Source: a virus (Duplodnaviria; Caudoviricetes). Taken from it: 32,903 nucleotides of DNA. Where the stretch lies: IMG/VR virus record IMGVR_UViG_3300027764_000017, positions 1 to 32,903 of that record; one strand, written 5' to 3'. Positions 1 through 9,388 of this stretch are shown here, piece by piece (positions within the stretch are counted from its first letter, which is position 1; each line of letters begins with the position of its first letter). A program made the translations under genes and the position numbers. The notes under the pieces were generated by a model. The model saw only the letters and a program-made list of their open reading frames with translations. It searched no databases and was not told the origin of the DNA.

Positions 1-216
1 GTCAAATCAACCACCGCTTTGCTGACCGAAGATTTAATTGAGATGGCAAACAATGGCGCAAGGATGGCGAACCCTAATCAGAAGGTTAGAGATACTGCCC
101 TTGCTAGAGTCATGCAGATTCTTACAATGCTAGGGTTAGTACCTAATGGTAGACCCAAGAAATCTAGCGCACCCACAGATATTGATGAATTGCTTGAAGG
201 CCCTAAATACGGATGA
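1..216 (+). CDS. Terminase small subunit, P27-like (5'-truncated by window edge)
   Basis: Frame is open from base 1. The C-terminus NP..KVRD..L...LGLVP.GR resembles P27-family small terminases. Stop overlaps the TerL start (ATGA). Confidence 0.75.
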   Translation, partial: VKSTTALLTEDLIEMANNGARMANPNQKVRDTALARVMQILTMLGLVPNGRPKKSSAPTDIDELLEGPKYG

Positions 217-1874
217 AATGGGAAGATGGTGTTCAGTACGCTAGGGATGTAGCTACTGGAGAAATTGATGTCTGCAAGGATGTCCAGCTTGCCTGTCAGC
301 GTTTCCTTAATCAGCTAGAGAATAAGGAATGGCGATGGGAGTTCAGACCCGAAGCAGTTCAACACTTTCTCAACTTTACCGAAAAGATGAGCCATGTCAA
401 AGGGCCGATGGCTGGAAAGCCAATGGAGCTTATTCCTTTTCAGATTTTGTTAGTGTGCGCTATCTACGGGTTTAGAGATAAGAAAGACCCAGACCTTAGA
501 ATGGTGCAAGACTGCATTCTATTCATTCCTCGCAAAGCATCTAAGTCAACCCTGATTGCCGTTATTGGGCTTTATGAACTGCGCTTTGGTGAAACTGGTG
601 GCGAGGTTTATTGCACCGCACTAGATAGAACTCAGGCTAGTATTGTGTTTAATACTGCTAAAGGTATTGTTGACAGTATGCCTCCGCAACTCAATTCTCA
701 ATATAAGCCATACAGGAATGAGATTAAAAGAGCATCGGATGGTCAAAGCACTTTTCAGGCTCTTAGCCGGGATAGTAAAAGAACTGGTGACGGAAAGAAC
801 CCATCGGTTTCTATTGTCGATGAGGCAGCACAGATCATTGAGCGAAATGCTATTGAGGTTATGAACTCAGGAATGGTTGCCCGTAAGAATCCATTACGGA
901 TATATATTACAACTGCATCCTTTACTAAAGAAACTTTGTTCTTTGAGAATATGCAATATCTCAAGTCAATGCTACATGGTCAGGCAGAAGATAACCCAAG
1001 ATGGTTTGGCTTGCTATATGGCTTAGATGATGGGGATGATTGGAAAGATCCTAAGAACTGGGCCAAAGTAAACCCGATGCATGGCATATCTATTAATGCC
1101 GAAGCTATTGAGCAAAGGGTAAAAGAGGCTCAATCTAAGCCATCTGCGATTAATGAGTTACTTTGCAAAACCTTTAATGTATGGGTATCTGCAAATTCCG
1201 CATGGATAGACAAAACCATTTGGACAGAAGCACCTAAGGGTAAACCCGTAGATACAGTTGAATCTACTTTTATTGCATTTGACTTGGCTGCTACAAGGGA
1301 CTTGAATGCCGTCTGTACTTTGCATCGATATACCGATGACAAGTTTCATGCTGAGTTTAAATTCTTCTTGCCAGAGGAGAGTATGGAATTTATCCCAACC
1401 CATTACAAACCTATATTCCAACAGGCAATAGATAGAGGAACCCTTAAATTAACTCAGGGCAATGTGGCTGATTATGTCGAGGTTCAATCCTATATTGAAC
1501 AACAGACTGAACTATATAATGCCAAGGAAATTGGCTTTGATGCTTGGAATGCTTCCTCTTTAGTAAGCAAACTGTATGAAAAGGGATTACCAGTTAAAAA
1601 GATTGGTCAGGGAATGGCAGTATTGAATAATCCGTCAAAGCAAGTAGAAAAGTTAATACTAAGTAAATCAATATCCCATGAGCATGACCCATTTGTGGAA
1701 TGGCAACTTGGGAATTGTGAAGTGTATGTGGATGTAAATAATAATATCAAGATCAGAAAGAATTCTGCCGATACTTCTGCAAAAGTTGATGGTATTATTG
1801 CTATGATTATGGCTTTCCATTGTGCTTTAGATAATCCTTATGTATCATCTAGCTTTGGATTTAGAGCTTTTTAA
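213..1874 (+). CDS. terL: Terminase large subunit (Terminase_1 / HK97-like)
   Basis: 553 aa. Walker A-like PRKASKST, Walker B SIVDEAA, coupling motif ITTA, nuclease acidic motifs AFDLA and KVDGIIA. Confidence 0.95.
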   Translation: MKWEDGVQYARDVATGEIDVCKDVQLACQRFLNQLENKEWRWEFRPEAVQHFLNFTEKMSHVKGPMAGKPMELIPFQILLVCAIYGFRDKKDPDLRMVQDCILFIPRKASKSTLIAVIGLYELRFGETGGEVYCTALDRTQASIVFNTAKGIVDSMPPQLNSQYKPYRNEIKRASDGQSTFQALSRDSKRTGDGKNPSVSIVDEAAQIIERNAIEVMNSGMVARKNPLRIYITTASFTKETLFFENMQYLKSMLHGQAEDNPRWFGLLYGLDDGDDWKDPKNWAKVNPMHGISINAEAIEQRVKEAQSKPSAINELLCKTFNVWVSANSAWIDKTIWTEAPKGKPVDTVESTFIAFDLAATRDLNAVCTLHRYTDDKFHAEFKFFLPEESMEFIPTHYKPIFQQAIDRGTLKLTQGNVADYVEVQSYIEQQTELYNAKEIGFDAWNASSLVSKLYEKGLPVKKIGQGMAVLNNPSKQVEKLILSKSISHEHDPFVEWQLGNCEVYVDVNNNIKIRKNSADTSAKVDGIIAMIMAFHCALDNPYVSSSFGFRAF

Positions 1875-1904
1875 TGTAGAATAATCATATTCTAGGAGAA
1901 AAAA

Positions 1905-3317
1905 ATGGGTATGTTAGATATTTTCAATAAAAATAAATACGATATACCCAAGGATTCTGTCAAAGAATCTAACACTCTATTTGGTCAAACTCAGCTTGGT
2001 AACAATGTAATTTACCAAGGTCAGGGTGGAAAACAGACTGTTTCTCAGCAATTACTGTATGTAACCACTTCTAGCGTAACAACTGCTGGAAGAATTGTGG
2101 ATATGTCGGTTCTTAGCCGTAACTCTACAGTTATGGCCTGTGTTGGTGTAAAAGCTAGAGCATTATCTCAACTTCCAATTAGAGTAATGGCTAAATTAGA
2201 AGATGGCACTATGGTTGATGCATTATCTTCAAGCGAAGTTGGCACAAGAGATAAAACCAAGGCAAAACAAGTATTAAACCTATTGCAAACCCCAAACAAT
2301 TTTCAATCTCAATATGAGTTTTGGTATCAATGGTGTATGTGGCAAGATTTAGCTGGAGAATGCTTTACTTTATGGTGGAGAAAAGACCAAAAGGACTCTT
2401 TAGCTACTCCATTAGAGATGTATAACCTAGATGCCACCTTAATTACTGTTCAGTTAACACCTAGTCGCTATCCAGCTTATCGATTATCTACCCCATCCTA
2501 CGGATTTAATAAGGATGAGTTATTGGCTGCCCACCAAGTAATGCATATTAGCGAAGCAGCTTGGCAAGGTGTTGCTGGTTTTAATAAAGGTATTTTGGCA
2601 ACCGAGTTAATTGCTTTAGATCAAGATATTGACCTTTATGCTAACTTTATTATGCAAAATGGGGCAAAGCCAAGCGGTATGTTTATTACCGATGCAGTTA
2701 TTCCTGACGGAAAGTTCAAGGAAGTTGCTGGTCGACTAAAAGAAGCATGGGCTTCTATGACAGGCTCCCGTAGCACAGACTTATCTAAGCCTGGTCAAAG
2801 CATTTTGTTAGACCAAGGCATGAAATACCAAAAAATTGATATGTTGACATTGCAAGATGCTGATGCAGCGACACTCAAAATCCAAACAATGAAGCGTATT
2901 TGCGGATTATTTGGTGTATCTCCTGGTATGCTTGGAATTGCTGATCAGAAATATAATAATACTCAGACAATGCTTGATGAGTTCTATAAAACAACCATGT
3001 ATCCAATGGTTATTAATATTGAGCAAAAATTAAAATCCCACCTATTAAAAGGTTATCCAAATCTATGTATTCGATTTGATACTAAGGATTTCTTAAAAGG
3101 TGATGTAATATCTCAAATGAATATTGTTACTTCTGGTGTTTCTAATGGTATTATTACACCGAATGAAGCAAGAGATTATTTAAATATGCCAAAGATTGAA
3201 GGTGGAGATGAACTTCAATCTAAGCAGCAGCAAGCCGAACAATTACCAGGCAGTAGCGCACAAGATACTGGTGGTGGCGGTGGCAGTCAAAAGAAAAAAA
3301 TGAATATTGGTAAATAA
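1905..3317 (+). CDS. Portal protein, HK97 family
   Basis: 470 aa directly after TerL. Motifs V.ACV..A..LSQLP, LL..PN..Q, NGAKPSG, ICGLFGV.P..LG, GIITPNEAR..LNMP.IEGGD. SD AGGAG upstream. Confidence 0.95.
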   Translation: MGMLDIFNKNKYDIPKDSVKESNTLFGQTQLGNNVIYQGQGGKQTVSQQLLYVTTSSVTTAGRIVDMSVLSRNSTVMACVGVKARALSQLPIRVMAKLEDGTMVDALSSSEVGTRDKTKAKQVLNLLQTPNNFQSQYEFWYQWCMWQDLAGECFTLWWRKDQKDSLATPLEMYNLDATLITVQLTPSRYPAYRLSTPSYGFNKDELLAAHQVMHISEAAWQGVAGFNKGILATELIALDQDIDLYANFIMQNGAKPSGMFITDAVIPDGKFKEVAGRLKEAWASMTGSRSTDLSKPGQSILLDQGMKYQKIDMLTLQDADAATLKIQTMKRICGLFGVSPGMLGIADQKYNNTQTMLDEFYKTTMYPMVINIEQKLKSHLLKGYPNLCIRFDTKDFLKGDVISQMNIVTSGVSNGIITPNEARDYLNMPKIEGGDELQSKQQQAEQLPGSSAQDTGGGGGSQKKKMNIGK

Positions 3318-3509
3318 ATGTCTATACTACAAAATATAATTGGAATATTATCTGCACAGATTCATCGTACAGATGTTAAACTACCAAAAAAGGTAGAAGA
3401 AATCCCCACAATACAAGATATTAATATGGCTATTAATAATGGGGTAATCAATGAAAAATCTACTTCTAGTTTGCGAAGCGAAAGTTCAATTAGGACAAAG
3501 CGCAGATGA
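3318..3509 (+). CDS. Small hypothetical protein between portal and protease
   Basis: ATG immediately follows the portal stop, suggesting translational coupling. Its 3' end overlaps the protease by 59 nt. Confidence 0.4.
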   Translation: MSILQNIIGILSAQIHRTDVKLPKKVEEIPTIQDINMAINNGVINEKSTSSLRSESSIRTKRR

Positions 3510-4248
3510 AGCACAAGGCCCTACAGGGTTAATCGAAGCAAGAGCTACTACCTGGGGCGCAAGAGAAGGCGCAGACGGCAGAAAGTTTAATTACAAGCCA
3601 GAAGGTTTTGCACAATGGGCTGATGAATTCGCCAAAGGCGATAAGCCTATGCCTATGTTCCTAAATCACAATGATATGGGAATGCCAATCGGACAATGGG
3701 ATGAAATCATGTTCGATGCGGAAGGCATGACCGCAAAAGGCAAGCTGTATATGAATACAGTAGCCGGATCAGATATGTATGAAGTATTAAAAAGCTCACC
3801 AAAACTGTTTGGTGGAGTTTCTGTTGGTGCTTATGCAGATGAGGCCTGTATGGTAGATGCAGAGGGCAATGAACTTATGTCTGGTGATGATAGCGATGAA
3901 GCCTACTTCCAGATTAAAAAGGGTGGACTGCGTGAAATTTCCGTAGTTATGTACCCAAACAATCCAAATGCAGAAGTAATGAAATTAGAGTGTTTCGATG
4001 CCGAAGGGCATATGAATCCTAGAGCGATTGAGGAAGCCTTGCGTGATGCTGGGCTTTCCAAGAAGGTTGCGACCACCGCATCCTCCGTCTTTAAGAAGAT
4101 TCTTGAGCAGCGTGATGCAGCAAAAGATCCGATTGAAGAAGCCCCACAACTGAGTGAGTCAGAAGCGGTGGTAAATGAAGCCGAAGCAATTCTTAAAGCT
4201 CTTAATGAGCGTGAATTGTTGAAAGCTATTTCTAAGCGCATTAAATAA
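3451..4248 (+). CDS. Prohead maturation protease, HK97 family
   Basis: Catalytic-type motifs LNHN (His), GVSVG (Ser) and L.EISVV.YP.N. C-terminal PR.IEEALRDAGLS extension. Lies between portal and capsid. Confidence 0.93.
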   Translation: MKNLLLVCEAKVQLGQSADEAQGPTGLIEARATTWGAREGADGRKFNYKPEGFAQWADEFAKGDKPMPMFLNHNDMGMPIGQWDEIMFDAEGMTAKGKLYMNTVAGSDMYEVLKSSPKLFGGVSVGAYADEACMVDAEGNELMSGDDSDEAYFQIKKGGLREISVVMYPNNPNAEVMKLECFDAEGHMNPRAIEEALRDAGLSKKVATTASSVFKKILEQRDAAKDPIEEAPQLSESEAVVNEAEAILKALNERELLKAISKRIK

Positions 4249-4258
4249 AGGAATTATT

Positions 4259-5596
4259 ATGTCAGAGCAAATCATTGCCAAACTTGATGAGATGGAAGCA
4301 GCTCAGTCTGTGAAAATTGAAGAAGTAAAGGCCGAAGCAGTTAAAGCAGTTGAAGAAGCTGTTGTATCTTTCGAGCAAAAAGTAGCAGCTTTAGAAGCTA
4401 AAGTTAGCGAAATTGGCGCAACCCCATCAATCAAGACTTACAAGTCTATTGGTCAAGAAGTTAACCGCATGGTTAAAGAGCAGTTGAAATCTTTTGTTGC
4501 TGGCGAAGCCCGTGTACAAAAAGAAATTAAGATGTTTGAGAGCGAAGGTCAATATGATGCTTACTTCAAAGAAGCTTCTGCATTGACTGGTTCTGGTGCT
4601 GGAATCGGTGGTCGTACTGCCTACGATCCAGTATTTGTTCCATTGCGTTTGCTTAATCCTATGCGTGGTGTTGCTCGTGCTGTTGCTACTGAAGGTTCTA
4701 CCTATCAGTTCCGTGCAAAAGTTGGTAATGCTGGTGCTGCATGGGGCTATGCAATCAACAACAATGGTGCTGGTACAACTGAAGATACAAACATCTGGCA
4801 ATTAACTTTGCAAGACTTGAATGTACAGTTTCCAATCCGTACAGCAGCTTTAGATGACATCGATGGCTTAGAAGGTAATGTAGTTAGCGATATGCTTGCT
4901 GAGTTTTCACAGGCTGAAGCTCTTTCCATGATCCAAAACAATGACCAAGGCGCAACATCATTGCCTTATGGTGGTTCTAATGGTTTGCGTGGTTTAGATC
5001 AGTATCCTGGTGCTAATTCAACTTACGCTGGTGGCACAATCTCTACAGCAGCTTTCGGTACTTCTGGTACTGGTTCTACAAGCGGTCTGCATAGCCTTGC
5101 TACTTATGACCAATTAACTACTAACGCAAACACAGTTGGTGCAGCTAACATCACTTACAAAGATGTTGTTAACTTCATCTACTCATTGCCACAGCAGTAT
5201 TGGACAGAGTCAGCAGTATTCGTTGTTAACCCAGTATTGCTACAGCAGATTCGTGGCTTGGTAGACTCACAAGGTCGTCCAATCTATGTTGATGGTTTAG
5301 CTCGCAATGACGGCATCGTTGGTACTTTGTTAGGCTTTAATGTTGTAGTGAATAAGTATTTAGATACTCCTTCACAAACTTCTACTGGCTCTGCTGGTAC
5401 TAACAGCTTGTATCCAATGTATTTCGGTGATTTCCAAAAAGGCTTCACAATCGTTGATCGCTTGAACATGATTCTCCGTAGATATGACCAGACCCTCCCA
5501 GGTTCGATCACTTTTTATGGTGAAAAGCGTTTGGCTACTTCTGTTGTTGATCCATTTGCAATTATCCGTTTCCGTTCTACTGGTACAGCAACCTAA
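4259..5596 (+). CDS. Major capsid protein, HK97 fold, with N-terminal coiled-coil (delta/scaffold) domain
   Basis: 445 aa. The first ~105 aa are Glu/Ala/Lys-rich and helical. Motifs L.D..GRPI, LLG..V, YFGDF, RRYD...G...FY.EKR. Strong SD AAGGAATTATTATG and strongly biased codon usage. Confidence 0.95.
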   Translation: MSEQIIAKLDEMEAAQSVKIEEVKAEAVKAVEEAVVSFEQKVAALEAKVSEIGATPSIKTYKSIGQEVNRMVKEQLKSFVAGEARVQKEIKMFESEGQYDAYFKEASALTGSGAGIGGRTAYDPVFVPLRLLNPMRGVARAVATEGSTYQFRAKVGNAGAAWGYAINNNGAGTTEDTNIWQLTLQDLNVQFPIRTAALDDIDGLEGNVVSDMLAEFSQAEALSMIQNNDQGATSLPYGGSNGLRGLDQYPGANSTYAGGTISTAAFGTSGTGSTSGLHSLATYDQLTTNANTVGAANITYKDVVNFIYSLPQQYWTESAVFVVNPVLLQQIRGLVDSQGRPIYVDGLARNDGIVGTLLGFNVVVNKYLDTPSQTSTGSAGTNSLYPMYFGDFQKGFTIVDRLNMILRRYDQTLPGSITFYGEKRLATSVVDPFAIIRFRSTGTAT

Positions 5597-5602
5597 TAGA
5601 TT

Positions 5603-5627
5603 GGGGGGTCAAAAGCCCCCCTTTCTT
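5603..5627 (+). terminator. Rho-independent terminator between the two capsid genes
   Basis: GGGGGG-TCAAAAG-CCCCCC stem-loop followed by TTTCTT, 6 nt after the MCP stop. Confidence 0.8.
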
Positions 5628-5650
5628 AATCTTTATTTTTTGGAATATAT

Positions 5651-6682
5651 ATGAAATCAACTCTAATTTACGAAGCCATTAAAAAAGCCTTAGTAGAAGG
5701 CCAAGCTAAAATCATTTCAAATGAAGCATCTGCGATTACTGGCTCTGGAAGCGGAGTTGGAGGTCGTGTAATTTATGACGATGCTTTTGCAGCAGCTCGT
5801 CTAGAAAATCCTTTGCGCCAAGTTGCAAGACAAATTCCTACCATTGGCTCAGATGAAGCCTTTGTTGTAAAAACTGGTAATGCTTTAGACCAAACTAATC
5901 CTTGGGGATATACTCCAAGTAATGATACTGGTAGCCCTAATACTGCTACTAAATTTTGGCAGATTCCTACTCGTGTTATTAGTGCAATTTTGCCTATTCG
6001 TACTGCTGTGTTAGATGATATTAATTCTCTAGAAGAAACAGTAGTAGCAGACTTAATGGCTGAATTTAGCCAAGCTGAAGCTCAATCAATGATTTCAAAT
6101 AATGATCAATCAGGCACAACTACTACAACTACTGGTGGAACAGATGGATTGCGTGGTTTAAATAGTTACGCTGGTTCAACTTCTGCCGCAGCCTTTGGTT
6201 CTAATGGTTCTGCTATTACCAATGGATTGCATACAGTATTGCAAGTAGCACAAGCATCTGCATCCGCAGTATCTTATGATGATATTGCTAATTTAATGGC
6301 TGCTTTGCCAGCACAATATTTATTTAAGCCTACAACTGCTTGGATGATGCACCCAACTACCATTGGCGCATTGCGTAAACTTAAATCATCTACTGGCGGT
6401 TCACCAATGTTTATAGAAAGCGGTGATGACGATGGCGGTTCTATTATTTATATTAATGGCCATCGGGTTATTCCTAACTCTTATATGGATGTAGCTGGTG
6501 TTGGTAAATATCCTGTATACCTTGCAGAATTTGATAAGTTTGTCACTATTGCAGATAGCGAAGAAATGACCATTAAGCGTTTTGACCAAACTTCTGCTGG
6601 ATTTATTACTATGTATGCAGAGAAGCGCATGGTTTCAACAATTCGTGATGTATTCGCTGGTGTACGACTCTACGGAGCTTAA
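5651..6682 (+). CDS. Second HK97-fold capsid protein (paralog of 4259..5596 lacking most of the delta domain)
   Basis: Colinear with MCP1: EASAITGSGSGVGGR vs EASALTGSGAGIGGR, PIRTAVLDDI vs PIRTAALDDI, identical AEFSQAEA, GLRGL, RFDQT..G.IT.Y.EKR. Confidence 0.9.
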   Translation: MKSTLIYEAIKKALVEGQAKIISNEASAITGSGSGVGGRVIYDDAFAAARLENPLRQVARQIPTIGSDEAFVVKTGNALDQTNPWGYTPSNDTGSPNTATKFWQIPTRVISAILPIRTAVLDDINSLEETVVADLMAEFSQAEAQSMISNNDQSGTTTTTTGGTDGLRGLNSYAGSTSAAAFGSNGSAITNGLHTVLQVAQASASAVSYDDIANLMAALPAQYLFKPTTAWMMHPTTIGALRKLKSSTGGSPMFIESGDDDGGSIIYINGHRVIPNSYMDVAGVGKYPVYLAEFDKFVTIADSEEMTIKRFDQTSAGFITMYAEKRMVSTIRDVFAGVRLYGA

Positions 6683-6684
6683 TA

Positions 6685-7356
6685 ATGGCCCAAGATAGCT
6701 TAATTACTGGGCCTTATTTAGGCTCTAGTAGAAACCCCTTTAGCTATGAAAAAGTAGAGCAGATCAGCCGTGATATTCAGACGGCTTGGTTAACTCTTGA
6801 AGAAATTACTCAGCAATTAAACCTTGTTGATGATGAGAGTCAAGATAGCTACCTTTCTAGCCTTGAATTAGCGACCCGTATGTCGATTGAGGACTATCTT
6901 GGTATGTCCATATTCCCGATCACCTATAAAGCCTACTACGGCTCTGTAAGTGCCACAGGAACTCAAATTGCTCTTGACCTTCCAGAGGTGTCTCAGGATT
7001 TTAATAATCAAGCTGGAACAGTTATTAAAACTGTAGGCTATTGGAATTCCAATACACCTCCTACCTTTACTCTTTTAACAACTTCACAGTATTACTATGA
7101 TCCAACTGGTAATAAAGTTATTTGTACGGGTTTACCCTCAGAAGTAAACAGTCAAATGACTAATCCAATTGTTATTACTTATCAAACCAATGCAAATCCA
7201 GTAGGGCAATATCCAGTTATCAAACAAGCTGGTCTATTATTATTAACTCATCTTTATAACAATAGATCTAATACTGTTTCTGGCAATATTGGATTAAAAG
7301 ATATTCCTTGGGGTGTAGCTACACTATTACGACCATATAAGCCGTTGGTGATGTAA
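6685..7356 (+). CDS. Head-tail connector (HK97 gp6 / SPP1 gp15-like)
   Basis: N-terminal LTLEEI..QL...D...D.YL and C-terminal IKQAGLLLLTHLYNNR...P.GV.TLL.PY. Follows the capsid genes. Confidence 0.88.
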   Translation: MAQDSLITGPYLGSSRNPFSYEKVEQISRDIQTAWLTLEEITQQLNLVDDESQDSYLSSLELATRMSIEDYLGMSIFPITYKAYYGSVSATGTQIALDLPEVSQDFNNQAGTVIKTVGYWNSNTPPTFTLLTTSQYYYDPTGNKVICTGLPSEVNSQMTNPIVITYQTNANPVGQYPVIKQAGLLLLTHLYNNRSNTVSGNIGLKDIPWGVATLLRPYKPLVM

Positions 7357-7700
7357 TGGGAATAGCTCGGTTTGAGAATATAAATGTAAATAATGTTACC
7401 AATGGTAAAGATACCTTTGGTCAATACACTACTACTATTACAAAATGGTTTACAACTAGAGCTAGAGTTCATTCGGTAAAGAACTCATTGAATATTACAA
7501 CTAATGACCGAGTATATACAGATTTAATTAATTTTACTTTAAATTACACACCTAATATTAAACAAGTTGTTAATAATCAAAATCTTTATAGTATTACTTG
7601 GAGAGGATTTGATTGGCGCATTAACTCTGCTTCAGAGTCAGATGACAGAATGAGTATTATTCTTTATTGTTATAGAAATGATCCGGTAACTCCTGTATGA
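7356..7700 (+). CDS. Head closure / head-tail joining protein (SPP1 gp16-like)
   Basis: 114 aa, beta-rich. D.FGQ..T...W start and I.WRG..W.I motif. Follows the connector. Confidence 0.75.
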   Translation: MGIARFENINVNNVTNGKDTFGQYTTTITKWFTTRARVHSVKNSLNITTNDRVYTDLINFTLNYTPNIKQVVNNQNLYSITWRGFDWRINSASESDDRMSIILYCYRNDPVTPV

Positions 7701-8113
7701 GCCAAAATAATCCTTCAGTATATGCACAAGCTATACAGGCACAACTTTCTAGCATAGTTACTCCTGTTCCAGTTTATGCAAACTTTAATAGAAACTTTGC
7801 AGTAGAGCCGTCATTTATTACTTGGCAGCTAAGAAATGTGCATCAGCCTGTATATACAGGGCAAAATCAAAATAATAAAGGTATTGATAGACCTATATTC
7901 CAAATATCCATATTCTCACAAGATATGCAAAATGCTTTTAATATTTCGAATACTGTCTTACAATCACTTCATGGATACTCTGGATTATTTGGGGGTGCTA
8001 CTTATGGCTTTCAAATATCCAAAGCAGATGTAAATTGGCTTTATAATACATACGATAATACAATTGGGTTGCATCAGATTATTCTTGATTGCCAACTTGA
8101 TATTCCAACATAA
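7697..8113 (+). CDS. Tail terminator / tail completion protein (DUF3168-like)
   Basis: 138 aa. VPVY...P.FIT...FQISIFS pattern. Immediately precedes the tail tube genes. Confidence 0.7.
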   Translation: MSQNNPSVYAQAIQAQLSSIVTPVPVYANFNRNFAVEPSFITWQLRNVHQPVYTGQNQNNKGIDRPIFQISIFSQDMQNAFNISNTVLQSLHGYSGLFGGATYGFQISKADVNWLYNTYDNTIGLHQIILDCQLDIPT

Positions 8114-8146
8114 GACAGAATTAACTCTTTTTTAAGGAATAGAAAA

Positions 8147-8641
8147 ATGGCTCTCCCAAATAAAGTATTACCCGGATTTAGTGCAGCACTATATCTCCAA
8201 CCTAGCGCATCCCCAACACCTTTGACTCTTGCTCAATTAAGCACAGTTGGTTCTGTAGCCGCTATTGCAGTTAGTGGCAACTTACTTAATGTAGAAGCTA
8301 TCCCAGCTTTCGGTCAGGATGATGCGGTTGCTTCATTTGCTGTTGCTGGTAGCCGTCAGTCAGACAAGATTCCAACTCAGTCTGCTCCTACTTCATTGAC
8401 AATTACTGCCGCTTGGAATCCAGCAGATGCAAACCTTTTATTGGTTCGTGGCGATGCTTATAACGGTATTGTTGATCGTACCTATGTAGTTTCTGCTACA
8501 GATGGCACAGGAATTGTTTATTACGCTTTCAATGCTCGTGCTTCACAATTCCAAATTGATAGCCAACCTGGTGCTGAAGCTAAATGCGTATTTACATTGC
8601 ATCCTCGTGGCAACCTCTATGGTTGGTCTAACAACGCTTAA
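8147..8641 (+). CDS. Major tail (tube) protein, copy 1
   Basis: 164 aa, Ala/Ser/Thr-rich. Strong SD TAAGGA. Lies between the tail terminator and the chaperones. Confidence 0.8.
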   Translation: MALPNKVLPGFSAALYLQPSASPTPLTLAQLSTVGSVAAIAVSGNLLNVEAIPAFGQDDAVASFAVAGSRQSDKIPTQSAPTSLTITAAWNPADANLLLVRGDAYNGIVDRTYVVSATDGTGIVYYAFNARASQFQIDSQPGAEAKCVFTLHPRGNLYGWSNNA

Positions 8642-8654
8642 TTAAGGAATTATT

Positions 8655-9173
8655 ATGACAATCCCAGCAAAGGTTTTACCCGGATTTTCCACAGCAATGT
8701 GGATGCAAACTGGCGCAACTCCTACACCATTAACTACTGCAAATCTAGCTGTTTGGGTAGGCCAAGTTACTACAATTGTAGGCACTTCAGCAAATGGTAC
8801 AGGCGCATCAGGTACACAGTTGAATGTAGAAGCAGTACCAGCATTCGGTCAAGATGATGCAGTAGCATCTTTCATGGTCGCTGGTAGCCGTCAAAGCGAC
8901 AAAATTCCTACACAATCAGCACCAACCTCACTAACTATTACAGCAGCTTGGAACCCAAGCGATGCATCATTGTTATTGATTCGTGGTGATGCCTATAGTG
9001 GTACTGTTGACCGCACCTATGTAATTACCGCAGTTGAGGGAACAAATACTATTGCATATGCATTTAATGGTCGTGCATCACAGTTCCAAATTGACTCTCA
9101 GCCTGGCGCAGAAGCTAAGTGTGTTTTCACTATTCACCCTCGTGGCAATCAATATGGTTGGAGCAATAACTAA
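8655..9173 (+). CDS. Major tail (tube) protein, copy 2 (paralog)
   Basis: 172 aa. Shares PAFGQDDAVASF.VAGSRQSDKIPTQSAPTSLTITAAWNP and RASQFQIDSQPGAEAKCVFT.HPRGN.YGWSNN with copy 1. Confidence 0.8.
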   Translation: MTIPAKVLPGFSTAMWMQTGATPTPLTTANLAVWVGQVTTIVGTSANGTGASGTQLNVEAVPAFGQDDAVASFMVAGSRQSDKIPTQSAPTSLTITAAWNPSDASLLLIRGDAYSGTVDRTYVITAVEGTNTIAYAFNGRASQFQIDSQPGAEAKCVFTIHPRGNQYGWSNN

Positions 9174-9388
9174 TGATCCTAGAACAAGCCCTTGAAGAAT
9201 TAACAACTACTTACCAAAGCCTTGATTTAGTAGCAAGAGGCTTGGTAGTAGATGCCAAAGAAGTAGCTGGTGCTTTGGCATTGGCTGCACCCGATACTGC
9301 TGAATTTGTGGCATTATCTGTATTATCAAAATATAACCCTTATACACCACAGAAAAAGACAACTAAAAATGCAGATACAGTCGAATAA
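9173..9388 (+). CDS. Hypothetical tail-region protein
   Basis: 71 aa. TAATG coupling to the tube gene 2 stop. Confidence 0.6.
   Translation: MILEQALEELTTTYQSLDLVARGLVVDAKEVAGALALAAPDTAEFVALSVLSKYNPYTPQKKTTKNADTVE

Noticed and set aside
1877-1894. TAGAATA-ATCA-TATTCTA hairpin before the portal RBS
   Set aside because: Only 7 AT-rich pairs and no U-tract. Too weak to call as a terminator or operator without comparative data.
5594-5651. Read-through or frameshift fusing MCP1 to MCP2
   Set aside because: MCP1 ends in tandem stops TAA TAG followed by a terminator, and another in-frame TAA lies in the spacer.
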